A stretch of 64,000 nt of DNA from an uncultured Peptostreptococcaceae bacterium (GTDB lineage: Bacteria > Bacillota > Clostridia > Peptostreptococcales > BM714). Shown in pieces: positions 30,351 through 39,574 of the stretch; positions within the stretch are counted from its first letter, which is position 1; each line of letters begins with the position of its first letter. The stretch lies in the NCBI GenBank assembly GCA_964617505.1, contig CAZTZB010000002.1, positions 24,501 through 88,500 of the forward strand, in the 5' to 3' direction. A program made the translations under genes and the position numbers. Under the pieces are notes generated by a model that did no database searches, was not told the DNA's origin, and was given only the letters and a program-made list of their open reading frames with translations.

Positions 30351-30764
30351 TTAAGCACTCGGCTTGAATTTAAGTTGATCAATTTTTTCATCAGAAAAAT
30401 TCCGTATCTTTTCGCCTATTCCTCTTGGCACTTCCGTCGTTTCAACGCGTCCCGCCTTAAGTTTTTCGGAAAGATAATTAAACGCATCCCAAGGATTGAC
30501 TTCATCTCCGCATGTAAAAAGATCTACTGCGGCATATCCATATTCAGGCCACGTATGGATTGTCAAATGCGATTCCGAAATAACGACTGCACCACTCACT
30601 CCCCAAGGATTGAAAAGATGAAAAACACTTTGGACTATTGTAGCCTTGGCCTCTATTGCTGCCTGTTTCATGTGTTTTTCAATCATCTGATGGTCGTTTA
30701 ATATCTCCTTATCACAATTGTAAAGCTCTACTAGGATATGTCTTCCCAATTGTTCGATTTTCAT
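30351..30764 (-). CDS. speD: S-adenosylmethionine decarboxylase proenzyme (small SpeH/SpeD type)
   Basis: Self-processing site [13 protein letters not shown]. Length is 137 aa. Confidence 0.9.
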   Translation of the reverse strand: MKIEQLGRHILVELYNCDKEILNDHQMIEKHMKQAAIEAKATIVQSVFHLFNPWGVSGAVVISESHLTIHTWPEYGYAAVDLFTCGDEVNPWDAFNYLSEKLKAGRVETTEVPRGIGEKIRNFSDEKIDQLKFKPSA

Positions 30765-30816
30765 AAGAAAACCCCCTTTGCAATATTGAAATACTAAACA
30801 AAAAGTTTAGTCGTAT

Positions 30817-30846
30817 TAAATATAACCGTTCTGCAAAATTTGTCAA
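30817..30846 (-). promoter_or_regulatory. Candidate promoter for speD-speE-speB
   Basis: TTGACA, a 16-nt spacer, then TATATT on the minus strand, between the speA terminator and speD. Confidence 0.45.
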
Positions 30847-30885
30847 TAGTTTTGCGCATTTTTAAAGTATTTTTTTTTTGCACAG

Positions 30886-30920
30886 TAAAAGCGCCTTTCT
30901 CTATTTTCGGGAAAGGCGCT
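30886..30920 (-). terminator. Terminator after speA
   Basis: Minus strand reads AGCGCCUUUC-loop-GAAAGGCGCU followed by UUUUAC. Confidence 0.65.
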
Positions 30921-30923
30921 GCA

Positions 30924-32372
30924 TCAACTACCCAAAACCATTATTGTTTCAACCTTTGGATCTGACGAATCCGTTAGAAGCCCATTCTGACTCTTTAGAA
31001 ACTCTATATGCTCCACCATCTGCAAGGTAATTCTTTCCCCCGGTATAACGATTGGAATTCCGGGAGGATAGGACATTATTGATTCTCCGCTTATCTCACC
31101 GGGAGAAAGCGAAAGCTGCACTCTTTTCTTCCTTGAGAAAAATGCATTTCTAGGAGACACTATAACATCGGGGTTATGGAGATTTTTTTTTGCATAGGGC
31201 AGTTTTTCGCGTTTTTCGCCTTCAACAAGTTTTTTAAGAGCTTGCACCAAGGCATCTATGTCTTCAGGCCTGTCCCCTAAGCTTAGTACAGCAAGCGCAT
31301 TGTAAGCATCCCCTAGCTCCATCTGTATTCCATATTCATCACGCAGACGATAGTAGGCCTCCAGTCCCGACATTCCCGCCTCTGCAAAATGTATCCCAAG
31401 CTTTGTTTCATCGAATCCGAAAACCCCTGGACGTCCAACCATCTCGCATCCGAAAGCGTAGAGCCCCGGAATTTTATTAATTTCCACTCTCGCTCCCCTT
31501 GCAAGGTCAAGTGTCTTTTGAAGACTGCTTTCGCCATTAATTGCAAGATTTTTTCTCGCTAAGTCTAGCGAGCCCATCAAAAGATATGATGCGCTTGTTG
31601 TTTGCATTAGGTTAAGATTGGTTTTAACTCTTATCGGATCTATTAACCCCTCATTTAGAAGCAAAACCGAGCTTTGGGTCAATGAACCCCCCGTTTTATG
31701 AATGCTTGAAGCGGACATATCCGCACCAACCGAGCACCCGGAAACAGGCAACTCCTTATTGAAATTAAAATGTGCCCCGTGGGCCTCGTCAAGCAATACC
31801 GCCATACCATTTTCATGGGCCAAATCAATAATTCGCTCAATATCGGATACTATTCCGTAATAAGTCGGATTAATTATTAGAATTGCCTTCGCATCATTAT
31901 TTTCTTTTATCGCCTTTTCTACGGATTCAAAAGTAACCCCAAGTGAAATCCCTAGCCTGTCGTCTATTTCCGGCTGAAGATACACCGGCACAGCTCCGCT
32001 TAAAATCAGTCCGTTGATTGCCGATTTATGGGCATTCCTCGGCAAGATTATTTTTTCTCCTGGCATGCAGGCGCTAAGTATCATTGCCTGTATACCTGCC
32101 GTTGTTCCATTTACAAGAAAAAATGCATGATCTGCGCAGTATGCTTCCGCCATAAGTTTTTCGGCTTCCTTGATTACCCCTACAGGATTGCTGATGTTGT
32201 CCAGACACTTCATGGAATTAACGTCTAGTTCCAAAATACGAGCTCCGAAATATTGACCGAATTCAGAGAGCCCTCTTCCGTGCTTGTGGCCGGGAACATC
32301 GAAAGGAATTATTCCGCTCTCTCTATACTCCTTCATGGCATCGAAAAGCGGTGTTCTATTTTGATTTTCCAA
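30924..32372 (-). CDS. speA: Arginine (Orn/Lys/Arg family) decarboxylase, PLP-dependent
   Basis: 482 aa of OKR_DC_1 type with the SIHKTGGSL PLP-lysine motif. Same size class as Bacillus SpeA. Polyamine gene context supports the call. Confidence 0.82.
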   Translation of the reverse strand: MENQNRTPLFDAMKEYRESGIIPFDVPGHKHGRGLSEFGQYFGARILELDVNSMKCLDNISNPVGVIKEAEKLMAEAYCADHAFFLVNGTTAGIQAMILSACMPGEKIILPRNAHKSAINGLILSGAVPVYLQPEIDDRLGISLGVTFESVEKAIKENNDAKAILIINPTYYGIVSDIERIIDLAHENGMAVLLDEAHGAHFNFNKELPVSGCSVGADMSASSIHKTGGSLTQSSVLLLNEGLIDPIRVKTNLNLMQTTSASYLLMGSLDLARKNLAINGESSLQKTLDLARGARVEINKIPGLYAFGCEMVGRPGVFGFDETKLGIHFAEAGMSGLEAYYRLRDEYGIQMELGDAYNALAVLSLGDRPEDIDALVQALKKLVEGEKREKLPYAKKNLHNPDVIVSPRNAFFSRKKRVQLSLSPGEISGESIMSYPPGIPIVIPGERITLQMVEHIEFLKSQNGLLTDSSDPKVETIMVLGS

Positions 32373-32535
32373 TCTATATCACCTTCTTATATATATTTAT
32401 AAACTAATTATATTTTCTTTCGAATCATTGTCAACCCAATCATTTTTTCTTTTCTTACATAGAGGATTTTATGCCGTCTTTGTTGAATTAAACATACAAG
32501 TGGATAAATTTCAAACCCAAAAGAGGGATACTATA

Positions 32536-33270
32536 ATGCTGACAAAAAAAGCAAATTCAAACATTAGAATAGCAGTTTTCGTTTTATTCATAGTTGGACT
32601 TCTTTTTTCAATAATGCGTCCGGCAGAGGAAATCATTTTCGAGGCCCGCATAAACAAGCAGGTTGTAGGTTATGGAACAAGCCGACAGGACATAGCTTCC
32701 TCGATTGACAAGATTGAAGAAGAGCTTGCGGCTACATATTTCGTAGACGAACTGTCCCCATATTATGAGACGGTATTCAGTGAAGTATCACAAAACGAAC
32801 TTTCCGCCACAAGCTACGAAAACCTCAAAAGAGAGGTCCTTGCAAACCAGAAATTTGTTACTCCTGGCTATGAATTATCCATAGATGACACGGTCTACGC
32901 AAGAGCAATAAACAAAAGCGACCTCGAATTTTTGCTAGATAATGTCAAATCCAGGTTAAAGAAAGACCACGAAAACATTCAAGCCGTGGTTTTTATGGAA
33001 AACGTCGAAATTGCCCCAGGAAACATATTCATTCGCGATTCAATTGTTCAAACTGAAAGCGATCTGCTTGTAGAACGTCTTTTGACAGGCCGCGAGCAAA
33101 TAGAAACCTACACGGTTGAACCCGGTGACACATTGACTGCAATAGCCGCAAACCAAGGATTATCTGTAAGCGACATAGCGGAAGCCAACCCCGAAACTGA
33201 TGTCGATAAAATCTATGCGGGTCAAAAACTTTTTCTTTCAAAGCCTTCACCTATACTCCATAGAAAATAG
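32536..33270 (+). CDS. Membrane-anchored LysM domain protein
   Basis: Start at MLTKKANS followed by a TM segment. C-terminal LysM (YTVEPGDTLTAIAANQGLSVSDIAEANP...IYAGQKL). Confidence 0.75.
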   Translation: MLTKKANSNIRIAVFVLFIVGLLFSIMRPAEEIIFEARINKQVVGYGTSRQDIASSIDKIEEELAATYFVDELSPYYETVFSEVSQNELSATSYENLKREVLANQKFVTPGYELSIDDTVYARAINKSDLEFLLDNVKSRLKKDHENIQAVVFMENVEIAPGNIFIRDSIVQTESDLLVERLLTGREQIETYTVEPGDTLTAIAANQGLSVSDIAEANPETDVDKIYAGQKLFLSKPSPILHRK

Positions 33271-33298
33271 CTTTAGCTATTTTCATACTCTGCAAATA

Positions 33299-33334
33299 AT
33301 GCCGACGGCAATTTTCTATGCCGTCGGCATTTTA
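33299..33334 (+). terminator. Terminator after the LysM gene
   Basis: ATGCCGACGGCA-N8-TGCCGTCGGCAT followed by TTTTA. Confidence 0.78.
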
Positions 33335-33407
33335 TGCCATTCCAGATTGAGGGTTCATATTGCAACACATCGACCATGGCTTGATTTCGCGTGCCCTGTG
33401 GTATCAC

Positions 33408-33650
33408 AGCTTTGGATAAGGCTAAATCGTAAAGAAATCCGCTTTGGCCTTGGCCCAGCGAGTTTGCGGATTTTAGATTTTGCCTTCTTTCTTCTTTTCA
33501 CTTGCTCCTCAGAACGGCGAATGTACCTGGTTTTAGGCATTGAGCGATCGATAGCTTTTCAAAGCTTTGGATAAGGGAAAACCAACGGAAATCATCTTTG
33601 GCCTTGGCCCGACGCGAAGCGAGTTTGATGATTTCTGGTTTTCTCGATAG
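33408..33650. repeat. Tandem ~155-nt repeat (two units plus a partial third), each unit containing a long-loop hairpin
   Basis: AGCTTTGGATAAGG occurs at 33408 and 33563. Hairpin A is AAATCCGC (33435-42) / GCGGATTT (33466-73). Hairpin B is GAAATCATC (33588-96) / GATGATTTC (33627-35). The loop core TTTGGCCTTGGCCC...GCGAGTTT is shared. Confidence 0.65.
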
Positions 33651-33708
33651 ACAAAGCTGAATGAAAAGCATGAACTGCACTCTGCACGCTGAAAACTTTT
33701 CAACATCT

Positions 33709-33736
33709 AAAGCCCCTCCGAATTCGGAGGGGCTTT
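33709..33736 (-). terminator. Terminator after pyc (palindromic, could act in both directions)
   Basis: AAAGCCCCTCCG-AATT-CGGAGGGGCTTT, a 12-bp perfect stem. Confidence 0.78.
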
Positions 33737-33740
33737 AGCC

Positions 33741-36700
33741 CTATCCCAGCTTAATTATCAGCTGCCCCGCCTTGACCATCTGGCCTTCCTTGACAGGAAT
33801 CGCCTCCACCAAGCCGTCTATTGCACTTTGCAGATTGGTTTCCATTTTCATGGCTTCCAATATGGCTACGGTCTGATTCTTTTTAACCGTTTCACCTTCC
33901 CGCACAAGCACCTTCATTACAGTACCGGGTATAGACGCCCCAATTTCTGTTACATCATCCGGATCCGCCATCATAGCTGCTCCCGAAACCTTTTTTTGCC
34001 TGTCTTCCATGCCCTTGTCCTCAATCAGTATTTCACGTCTGTTTCCATTGATTTCAAAGGTAACCGCCCTGTATCCGTCCGCATCTATCTTGCCCACGCT
34101 TACAAGTTTTATTATCAAAATCTTTCCTTCTTCTATTTCAACCTCGCTTGTTTCTCCCTCGTTTAATCCATAGAAAAATACATGGCTTTCCAGGTTGCTA
34201 AGGCTACCGTAATCTGAAACGGATTTAAGATATTCCTTATAAACCTTTGGATAAAGGGCATAACTTAGTATGTTTCGCATATTTGGCTCATCATGAAGTT
34301 CATCATTCAGCACTTTTTCAATCGCCGAAAAATCTTCAGGCTCAAGCACCTCGCCAGGTCTTGCAGTAAGCGGCTTTTCACCTTTTAGAACCAGTTTCTG
34401 CAAATCCTTAGGGAAACCTCCAAGCGGTTGGCCCATCATTCCTTTGAAAAAGGCTACAACTGAATCCGGAAAATTGAGATTCTTGCCTTTTTCAAACAGG
34501 TTGCCGCTATTAAGGTCGTTTTGAACCATAAATATTGCCATATCTCCTACTGCCTTAGATGATGGAGTAACCTTGACTATGTCTCCGAAAAGATCATTTA
34601 CTTCCTTAAACATCTCCTTGACCTCTCCAAAACGGTCTCCGAGTCCAAAGCTTTCAACCTGAGGCTTAAGGTTGGAGTATTGTCCGCCAGGTATCTCGTA
34701 TTTATAGATTTCGGCTGTTCCCGATTTGAGATCCGACTCAAATGGTTCATAAATCTTACGAACATCGAACCAATAGTCGGAAAGCTTTTGGAGCCCATCA
34801 AGACAAATTTTCGGATCCCTTGCTGTATTTTCAAGGGCAGCCACAACAGAGTTCAGTGCAGGCTGACTTGTTAGCCCAGACATTGAGTTAAACGCCGTAT
34901 CCACAATGTCAACTCCCTGCTCTGCCGCCATAAGAATCGTCGACACTCCGTTTCCGCTTGTGTCATGCGTATGCAAATGAATCGGTATGGAAATTTCATC
35001 TTTCAGCGCCTTTATAAGCTTCTTGGCCGCATAGGGCTTGAGAAGCCCCGCCATATCCTTTATTCCAATTATATGCGCGCCCATGTTTTCTATTTCTTTG
35101 GCCATTTCCACATAGTACTTAAGACTGTATTTATCCCTTTTCTCATCAAGTATGTCTCCTGTGTAGCACATGGAAACCTCAGCCATTTTGCCTGTTTTTA
35201 AAACCTCATCGAGAGCAACTTCCATTCCCTTGAGCCAGTTTAGCGAATCAAATATCCTGAATACATCTATTCCACGCTCGGCAGAAGCCTGTATGAATTC
35301 CCTTATGACATTGTCAGGATAGTTCTTGTAGCCTACCGCATTGGATCCGCGTATAAGCATCTGAAAAAGTATGTTAGGCACCTTTTCTCTTAGCCTCTCA
35401 AGCCTTCTCCATGGGGATTCCTTAAGGTAGCGATATGCAACATCAAATGTTGCCCCTCCCCACATCTCAAGGGAAAACAAATCATTCCCGCAGCTTGAAG
35501 TCGCTTCGGCAATCTTGAGCATGTCGCGTGTTCTGACCCTTGTTGCAACAAGGGATTGATGCGCGTCCCTGAAGGTTGTATCGGTAAGCAAAAGCTTGTC
35601 CTGCTCCTTGATCCACTTTACAAGTCCCTCCGGGCCCCTCTCGTCCAGAAGCTGTTTGGTCCCTCTGAGTTCGTCTTTCATTGTAAAAATTGGCACAACC
35701 GGAGTGTCAAAATCTTTTTTTGTTCCCTTCACCTCGTTGACAACTTTTTCTCCGATATAGCGAAGTATTTTTGTCTCTCTATCTCCTGACGGCCGAATGT
35801 TAAACAGACCCGGTGTATGGTCCAAGAAACCGGTATCGCAATTTCCTTCTCGGAAGGTCTGATGATTGAGTACATTGATAAGGAATGCTGTATTTGTTTT
35901 TACTCCCTTTATAGTGGTATCCCTCAGTGAGCGAATCGCTTTTCTTGAGGCATCATCAAAGGTTCTCGAATACGCTATTATCTTGACTAAAAGGCTGTCG
36001 TAGTAAGGAGAAATCTGGGCTCCCGTATATCCGTTCCCTCCGTCAAGCCTTATCCCAAATCCGGAGGAAGACCTGTAAACCTCCAGCTTGCCCGTGTCTG
36101 GAGCAAAATTGTTTGCCGGGTCCTCAGTGGTTACCCTGCACTGTATTGCGTATCCCCTTGTTTGTATTGCTTCTTGACTAGGAATGTTTATTTCAGCCGA
36201 GTTTAGGGCATAGCCCTGGGCTATCTGAATCTGGCTTTGCACTATGTCAATTCCAGTTATTATCTCTGAAATAGTGTGTTCAACCTGTATCCTTGGATTC
36301 ATTTCAATAAAATAATGGTTGTTGTCGCTATCGACCAGAAATTCAACCGTTCCCGCACTTCTGTAATTCATAGACCCTGCTATCTTGAGTGCATCCGCGC
36401 AAATTCTGTCTCTCAAGCCCTCGTCTATCGAAAATGCCGGGGCAAACTCGATTATTTTTTGGTGCCGCCTTTGAATAGAACAGTCGCGCTCATAAAGATG
36501 CACTATGTTTCCATAGTTGTCACCTAAGACCTGCACCTCAATATGCTTTGGCTTATTGAGATATTTTTCAATGAACATTTCATCAATTCCAAAAGCTTTC
36601 TTTGCCTCGCTTTTTGCACTTCTAAACTCAGAAATTAAATCGCTTTTCTGATATACGATCCTCATTCCCCTGCCGCCGCCTCCGGCAGCCGCTTTTATCA

Positions 36701-37178
36701 TTACAGGATAGCCGCATACCTCTGCAAACTCAAAAGCGTCTTCTTCGCTAGCAATCGGTTTGTCAACGCCGGGTATTGTCGGAACATCAGCTTTTTTTGC
36801 CAATATTTTAGAGCTTATTTTATCTCCCAGGCCCTTTATCATATTGCTGTCGGGACCGATGAAGATAATACCGGTCTCTTCGCATTTTTTCGCAAAATGC
36901 GGATTTTCCGAAAGAAAGCCGTATCCCGGATGAATTGCGTCAACGCCTTTTTTAATTGCCAGATTAATTATTTCATCAATTGCAAGATATGCATCAACCG
37001 GACTCTTCTTTTCACCTATAAGATACGATTCATCCGCCTTGGTCCTAAAAAGCGAATACTTGTCTTCCTTTGAATAAATTGCGACAGACCTTACGCCCAA
37101 TTCACTACACGCACGAAAAATCCTAATGGCTATTTCTCCGCGATTGGCAACCATTATCTTTTTAATTTTCTTATTCAT
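33741..37178 (-). CDS. pyc: Pyruvate carboxylase (single-chain BC-CT-BCCP)
   Basis: 1145 aa. Biotin carboxylase N-terminus (KIMVANRGEIAIR), carboxyltransferase (TTFRDAHQSL), and the C-terminal biotinylation motif EAMKME. Confidence 0.95.
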   Translation of the reverse strand: MNKKIKKIMVANRGEIAIRIFRACSELGVRSVAIYSKEDKYSLFRTKADESYLIGEKKSPVDAYLAIDEIINLAIKKGVDAIHPGYGFLSENPHFAKKCEETGIIFIGPDSNMIKGLGDKISSKILAKKADVPTIPGVDKPIASEEDAFEFAEVCGYPVMIKAAAGGGGRGMRIVYQKSDLISEFRSAKSEAKKAFGIDEMFIEKYLNKPKHIEVQVLGDNYGNIVHLYERDCSIQRRHQKIIEFAPAFSIDEGLRDRICADALKIAGSMNYRSAGTVEFLVDSDNNHYFIEMNPRIQVEHTISEIITGIDIVQSQIQIAQGYALNSAEINIPSQEAIQTRGYAIQCRVTTEDPANNFAPDTGKLEVYRSSSGFGIRLDGGNGYTGAQISPYYDSLLVKIIAYSRTFDDASRKAIRSLRDTTIKGVKTNTAFLINVLNHQTFREGNCDTGFLDHTPGLFNIRPSGDRETKILRYIGEKVVNEVKGTKKDFDTPVVPIFTMKDELRGTKQLLDERGPEGLVKWIKEQDKLLLTDTTFRDAHQSLVATRVRTRDMLKIAEATSSCGNDLFSLEMWGGATFDVAYRYLKESPWRRLERLREKVPNILFQMLIRGSNAVGYKNYPDNVIREFIQASAERGIDVFRIFDSLNWLKGMEVALDEVLKTGKMAEVSMCYTGDILDEKRDKYSLKYYVEMAKEIENMGAHIIGIKDMAGLLKPYAAKKLIKALKDEISIPIHLHTHDTSGNGVSTILMAAEQGVDIVDTAFNSMSGLTSQPALNSVVAALENTARDPKICLDGLQKLSDYWFDVRKIYEPFESDLKSGTAEIYKYEIPGGQYSNLKPQVESFGLGDRFGEVKEMFKEVNDLFGDIVKVTPSSKAVGDMAIFMVQNDLNSGNLFEKGKNLNFPDSVVAFFKGMMGQPLGGFPKDLQKLVLKGEKPLTARPGEVLEPEDFSAIEKVLNDELHDEPNMRNILSYALYPKVYKEYLKSVSDYGSLSNLESHVFFYGLNEGETSEVEIEEGKILIIKLVSVGKIDADGYRAVTFEINGNRREILIEDKGMEDRQKKVSGAAMMADPDDVTEIGASIPGTVMKVLVREGETVKKNQTVAILEAMKMETNLQSAIDGLVEAIPVKEGQMVKAGQLIIKLG

Positions 37179-37422
37179 AAAAACCTCTCCTATTTTTTTG
37201 TTTGTTCTATCTTATACCCACAAACACATAATTATTCCATTTATGCTCTAATTCTTCATATTTGTCCTGATATTCTTCTTTAAAACCTTTCTATCCATTA
37301 TACAATATATCTTTATATTTTCAATTGATTGTTATCCATTATTCTTAAATTTACATATATTTAACACACTTTTCACTATTAATGTTTGTGTTTAGCTTAC
37401 AAATTCGCTATATTCTATTATA

Positions 37423-37463
37423 CATAGGGGATTCCATCCGTGTTTCTGATGAAATCCCCTATG
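37423..37463 (-). terminator. Hairpin after the histidine kinase gene (probable terminator)
   Basis: CATAGGGGATT-N19-AATCCCCTATG, an 11-bp stem. AU-rich sequence follows but there is no clean U-tract. Confidence 0.45.
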
Positions 37464-37489
37464 CTTTAGCCCCTTTTGCAAATGTTTGG

Positions 37490-38872
37490 CTATAGTATCA
37501 CGCTAATTTTTGTACCTTTTTCCAAAACACTCTCTATCTCCATTTTCCCTCCATGAAGCTCTACTATTTCATTTGTAATGGCAAGCCCCAATCCGCTTCC
37601 CTGAGACTTCATGTTTCCTTTGAAAAATTTCTCCGTTATATGCTCAAGATCCTTTTGGTCAATGCCCTGTCCGTTGTCCTTAACGAAAACCGAAACCTTT
37701 TCTCCACGCTTCTCAGAACCTACGGAAATACGGCCTCCCGTTTCGGTGAATTTAATCGAGTTGTCTATAAGATTTATCAGAACCTGCCTAAGCCTGTTTT
37801 CGTCACCCTCAACATATGTCAAACTTTGGTCCAAACTTGTTTCCAATCGTATTGTTTTCTTCATTGCCTTAGGATAGAACTGCTTTGCCACATCCATAAT
37901 CAGATAGTTTATGTCCACCTTTTCTTTTGACAAAACTATCCGTCCTGCTTCGAGCTTCGAAAAATCCAAAAGGTTTTCAACCATATCGCTAAGCCTGTTT
38001 GCCTCTTTTGAAATGATCATTAGCTCTTCTCTTATTTCCTTCTCGTCGTCCAGTTTTCCCATTAGCATAGTCTCACACCATCCCTTTATGGATGTCAGAG
38101 GCGTCCTTATTTCGTGGGAAATAGAGGATATGAAATCGTTTTTCATCTGGCTCGTCTTCATGAGCTCCTTGGCCATGTAATTAAAAGTCCTTCCCAATTC
38201 TCCTATCTCGTCGTTCTTCCTTATTTCTACTCTCGCCTTCAAGTCCCCATCGGCAATTTTTTCCGAAACGGTTTTGAGTTCCTTTATGGGTTTAATTATT
38301 GACTCCGCCAAGAGCATGCTTAGCAGTACAACGAGTATAAGCACTATCGCTCCAAGAAAAACCGCTTGAAGAATGATTCTCTTTACTACCCTATTTGTTT
38401 CTTCTATTGATGTTACATATCTCAAAACACCATCGAATCCTTGCCTGTTTATTAGAGGTCCTGAAACGGCAATAAGCTCCTCTCCCGTATCCTGGTCCTT
38501 GTATCTCCAGGTTCCAATATCGCCAAGCAATGCCTTCCCGAAGTCAGCTGTAGATATGGGTTTTTCCATGCTAAAGCCCGAAGAGGAGTTGACAACCTTG
38601 CCCGACAAGTCGATTATCTGAATTTCAGCTCTCTCATCAATCGAAAAATTTTCTATAATATATTGGGATTTGTAGTCAAATTCCTCATAAACAAGATATT
38701 TCTCGTAAAACTCGGTTGTAACCGCCACTTTTTCCTTAAGTATCTGTGTTATGTTTCCATAATAATACTGCCTTATGAAAACTGCCAGCAGGATTTCGAG
38801 AAAAATAATTGTCACTAGTATTACTATTGTGTAGTTGAATACAACGCGTCTTTTCAGACTCTTCAAACTCAA
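37490..38872 (-). CDS. Sensor histidine kinase (2 TM, HAMP, HisKA, HATPase_c)
   Basis: H-box SHEIRTPLTSI, N-box LINLIDNSIKF, G-boxes DNGQGI and GSGLGLAI. Confidence 0.88.
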   Translation of the reverse strand: MSLKSLKRRVVFNYTIVILVTIIFLEILLAVFIRQYYYGNITQILKEKVAVTTEFYEKYLVYEEFDYKSQYIIENFSIDERAEIQIIDLSGKVVNSSSGFSMEKPISTADFGKALLGDIGTWRYKDQDTGEELIAVSGPLINRQGFDGVLRYVTSIEETNRVVKRIILQAVFLGAIVLILVVLLSMLLAESIIKPIKELKTVSEKIADGDLKARVEIRKNDEIGELGRTFNYMAKELMKTSQMKNDFISSISHEIRTPLTSIKGWCETMLMGKLDDEKEIREELMIISKEANRLSDMVENLLDFSKLEAGRIVLSKEKVDINYLIMDVAKQFYPKAMKKTIRLETSLDQSLTYVEGDENRLRQVLINLIDNSIKFTETGGRISVGSEKRGEKVSVFVKDNGQGIDQKDLEHITEKFFKGNMKSQGSGLGLAITNEIVELHGGKMEIESVLEKGTKISVIL

Positions 38873-39567
38873 TCAGCCTCTTTCCATCGATATCCAAGTC
38901 CCCAAATTGTTTCAATTGTATCCGGTTCCGAGGAATTGTCTTCGATCTTTTGTCTAAGCCTTCTAATGTTTACATCGACAATCTTAAGATCTCCTATATA
39001 ATTTTTGCCCCAGACCTCGTCAAGCAGATTGTCTCTGGAAAGAGCCTTATTCGGATTGGTGACAAAAACCTTTATTAAGAGGAATTCTGTAGGAGTCAGC
39101 TCGATTATTTCATCGTTCTTGTAGAATTTTCTCGCTATAAAATCAATCTTGAAAACCCCTGATTCAATTGCGTTGCGATCTGCAATGCCGTCCTTCAGCT
39201 TAACCCTCCTCATAAGGGAGTTTACCCTTGCTATAAGCTCCATCGGGCTAAAAGGTTTTGTTATATAATCATCGGCCCCAAATTCAAGGCCCATAACCTT
39301 GTCAATATCCTGGGTTTTAGCTGTGAGCATAATTATTCCTATCTCACCATTTTTTTCCCTTATGCTGCGGCAAACCTCAAATCCGTCTATTCCCGGAAGC
39401 ATAACATCGAGAATTGCTATGTCTATATCTTTTTCTGTCTCAAAAATCTTAAGCGCCTTTTCTCCGTTCTCAGCTTCCAGAACTTCCATGTCGTTCCTTG
39501 TCAAATTGATTTTAGTAAAATTTCTTATAGAATCGTCGTCCTCAAGCAATAGTATCTTTCCCTTCAC
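38869..39567 (-). CDS. OmpR/PhoB-family response regulator
   Basis: Receiver domain (LLLEDD...DVMLPGIDG...LTAK) plus a winged-helix C-terminus (LTPTEFLLIKVF..., GLGYRW). Confidence 0.9.
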   Translation of the reverse strand: MKGKILLLEDDDSIRNFTKINLTRNDMEVLEAENGEKALKIFETEKDIDIAILDVMLPGIDGFEVCRSIREKNGEIGIIMLTAKTQDIDKVMGLEFGADDYITKPFSPMELIARVNSLMRRVKLKDGIADRNAIESGVFKIDFIARKFYKNDEIIELTPTEFLLIKVFVTNPNKALSRDNLLDEVWGKNYIGDLKIVDVNIRRLRQKIEDNSSEPDTIETIWGLGYRWKEAD

Positions 39568-39574
39568 CCCAACA

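Noticed and set aside
33355-33680. Two overlapping minus-strand ORFs (a 61-aa very basic one and a 60-aa one) inside the tandem-repeat region, considered as small proteins or a toxin
   Set aside because: Neither has a Shine-Dalgarno sequence. Their shared SLIQS peptide is simply the repeated AGCTTTGGATAAGG read in reverse. The stem covariation fits an RNA/DNA-level element better than a coding sequence.
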